Positions 61,441-64,000 of a DNA stretch of 64,000 bases are shown here, piece after piece. The translations under genes were made by a program, and so were the position numbers. Every line of letters starts with the position of its first letter. The first letter of the stretch is position 1. Source of the DNA: Geosiphon pyriformis uo1 (taxonomy: Eukaryota; Fungi; Glomeromycota); contig JAAOMT010000727.1 in the NCBI GenBank assembly GCA_016748015.1, forward strand, positions 34,203 to 98,202, in the 5' to 3' direction. A model generated the notes under the pieces. That model saw only the letters and a list, made by a program, of their open reading frames with translations, did no database searches and was not told the DNA's origin.

Positions 61441-62369
61441 TATTACTGGAAGTTTTTGGTCTCTTTTTTTGAATGTTGTTAATGCTTGGTGATTGTGAAT
61501 TCATGTTTTTTAGAAGTAATTGGACCTCCAATAATTGAATTTATCTTTAAATAATCTCTTATAATTTGAACTGCTGGATTTATAAGTGGAATTGCCAATT
61601 TTATGCCAGTTATTTTATATAATTATGTTGTAATAAACATTAACTTTTTTCCAGAAATTGCTTATTTAGAAGCTCACTAAAAATGTTTAATTACTTTGCT
61701 GTAAAAGTTAACTCTTTTACAAGAATCTTATCTGTAAACTACTCTAAAAATTATGATAAAAAAAATAAAAAAAATAAAAAAATGTAAAAGAAATAAAATA
61801 TTGTTAAGAGAAACATTTTCTATTTAGGCTTAAGGTTACTAACAGATTATTGAAATTAGTAGTTAATTAATTTCAAAATATTAGTTGGGTTTTGTGAATT
61901 TCAAGTATAATAATTAAGAATTTGGTTTTTGAATATTTAATTTTTATTTAATTTTGTAAAAATATATAAAAGATGATTTGTTCTAATTAAGATATTTAAA
62001 ATAAGATACATTTTCTTAAAGAAAGAAGCTTTTTTTTTATACAACTTGCTGTAGTACTAGTTTTTGAATTTGCACTTTTCTTTTTGCTATAATTTCGGCA
62101 AATTAAAAATACATTTTAGCAAACTACAAGTTATTTCTACAAATTATTAATTATTTTAGCCAATTTCTACTAATTTTGGCAAATTTTTAAATATTAAATG
62201 GTTTAAAGTATTGTGTAATTTAATTATCTTAATTTCTATAGTACAAATCGGATTATTAATTAAATAATAATATTTAATAATTTGATTAACTAATAAGTAA
62301 TAATTAAAATAATAATAATATATACTAATTAATATAAGAAATTAGAAGGATAATTTCATGCTAATTAAT
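61441..62369 (-). repeat. 5' LTR of outer gypsy B, outer end truncated
   Basis: Collinear with 46892-47774 but lacks the terminal ~25 bp. Confidence 0.85.
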
Positions 62370-64000
62370 TGGTTATTTAATTTTGTTCTACAATTTATTT
62401 TTAAGTATTCTTGTTTATTACAGTAATGACAGATACATGTTTTTTGTTGCCATAATTGATTTAATTAATTAGAACCACAATTATAGTTTTCTAGATTATT
62501 ATGATATTGAAAAAACTGATAAATTGTTTAATTATTAATTAAGTATTCCTCAATCTTTTGGTTGATTGTTTTTTCAAATTGTATTAATTTGGTATCTAAC
62601 TCAAATGATTTGTTTATTATTAGATTTACAATTTGGGTATAATTGACTTTGAGTTTAGCTAACTCAAAATCTTTAGTATAAGTAACTGTACTTTGAAGTG
62701 TAATTAAATGTAATAAGCATATTTGTTATAACAAATTGCTACATAATCTATAAATAAATTGATTCAAAATCTGTAATATTGTAAAATAGTCAATTACTTG
62801 AATTTGGCATAAATTTTTGTAGAAATGTTCTAAATAAGTGATAATTGCTTTGTTATTACTTTGCTTAATTGTAGTAAAACCAGTTAATAACCAATTAATG
62901 TTGTTGTAATTATTGAAATATTGTAGAAACACGACTTGAAATGTGTTAAAAGTTTGTGGTTTGTTGACTAGACTCTAATACTACAAGTTAGTTATATCTT
63001 CTAAAAAGTAGAAAATTATTTAAATAACTTTAGTGTTATCTTATTCATTGGCTGCAATAGCTTTTACCATATCATTTAATTATGCTTAAGTGTTATTTTG
63101 TTTACTGGTAAATTTTTTAAGTTTAAAAATTGATGCATATGTTATTTGTCCTAAAAGTAAATTAATTGGTGATTAATAGAGATGGCTATTAGTATAATAG
63201 AAGAATTAATTTAGATAACTGAAGGTAAATTATTGTTAACAATAGGAGTAGAGTTTGAATTTTTTGGGTTTTGCTAAGTTTAAACTTCTGGATTATTTGG
63301 AATTGGGTTTTAATTATTGTTTTTTTATTGTTGTTTTCTTTTTCTTTTGATTCAATTTTTGTTCAATTATTAATAAATTTGAAATTTGATTAAAGTGGCA
63401 ATGTTTAGAGTTCTAATAAAGTTGTTAGTTGTAATTTAAATTTTTTAAATAAATTGTTATAGGTTTTTAATAGTTTAGTTTTTTTTGATTACTTTAAAAT
63501 AGTATTCATGCTAATAGTATTTTTGATGTAGATATAACTGTTAATATTATTTAAATAGTGCTTTTGTGCCTATGATGATATAATATGTAGATAGGTAAAA
63601 TAAATCTTGGTTTTTTTCGGATAAGCAGTTATATTTTTTTTGGTGTTTTTGCTAAGATTTTAACTTTTTTTTTCTTTGTTTGCAAAGATAATAAGATTAA
63701 TGTAATAAACAGATAATTTTGTGGAAGTGTAGTGCTTTAAAATAATTTACTGTAGAAATTTTTGAAAGTGGTTTTTGAATTTTCTTGGTCTTTTAAGTAA
63801 AATATAATTTTTTTATTAACATAAAAGTTAAAAGCTAATTCTGCTAATCAATAATTACTTGTCAGTTTAAAGTAAGTTTGATAATGTTGAAATAAAGTCT
63901 TTGTAAATCTCAAGTGATTTGTTCTTATTATTTCTAATTTTGCTACTATTTTGAATAATAAATGTTAGTACTGATTTTTTGTTAAATTATACCTTATAAA
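62370..64000 (-). mobile_element. Eroded gag fragment of a third Ty3/gypsy family
   Basis: FLQYFNN...FTTIKQSNNKAIITYLEHF...QILNQFI capsid-like segment homologous to the gags of families A and B. Confidence 0.75.

Larger units (their letters stand above)
46892..62369 (-). mobile_element. Ty3/gypsy family B, outer older element (complete domain set, heavily eroded)
   Basis: LTRs at 46892-47774 and 61441-~62369, PBS at ~61423-61438, PPT at ~47775-47790; gag, PR, Cys domain, dUTPase, RT, RH, IN and ORF3 traces. Confidence 0.88.

Overview
A very AT-rich eukaryotic window, almost entirely nested and decayed transposable elements. It looks fungal, probably Glomeromycotina and possibly Geosiphon-like (inferred from remembered family resemblance, not from a search). 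Contents: (i) three full-length copies of an RNase H-containing LINE (ORF1 RRM-like/zinc knuckle; ORF2 APE-RT-RNase H-Zn finger) plus a heavily eroded fourth; (ii) an apparent ORF1-only (HAL1-like) element that carries the LINE 3' UTR; (iii) three Ty3/gypsy LTR elements from two families plus a gag fragment of a third family; (iv) a decayed Crinkler-type NTPase-nuclease gene; (v) a relic DNA transposase. The most unusual system is the shared gypsy architecture: extended Gag, protease, a ~200-aa multi-CxxC domain, dUTPase, RT, RNase H, an integrase that may be translated separately, and a conserved accessory ORF in the env position. The LTRs carry strictly phased 10-bp or 20-bp repeat arrays, and the two recoverable TSDs are 4 bp. 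All repeats show strong C>T/G>A, CpG-centred decay. No intact host gene, RNA gene or CRISPR array is evident.
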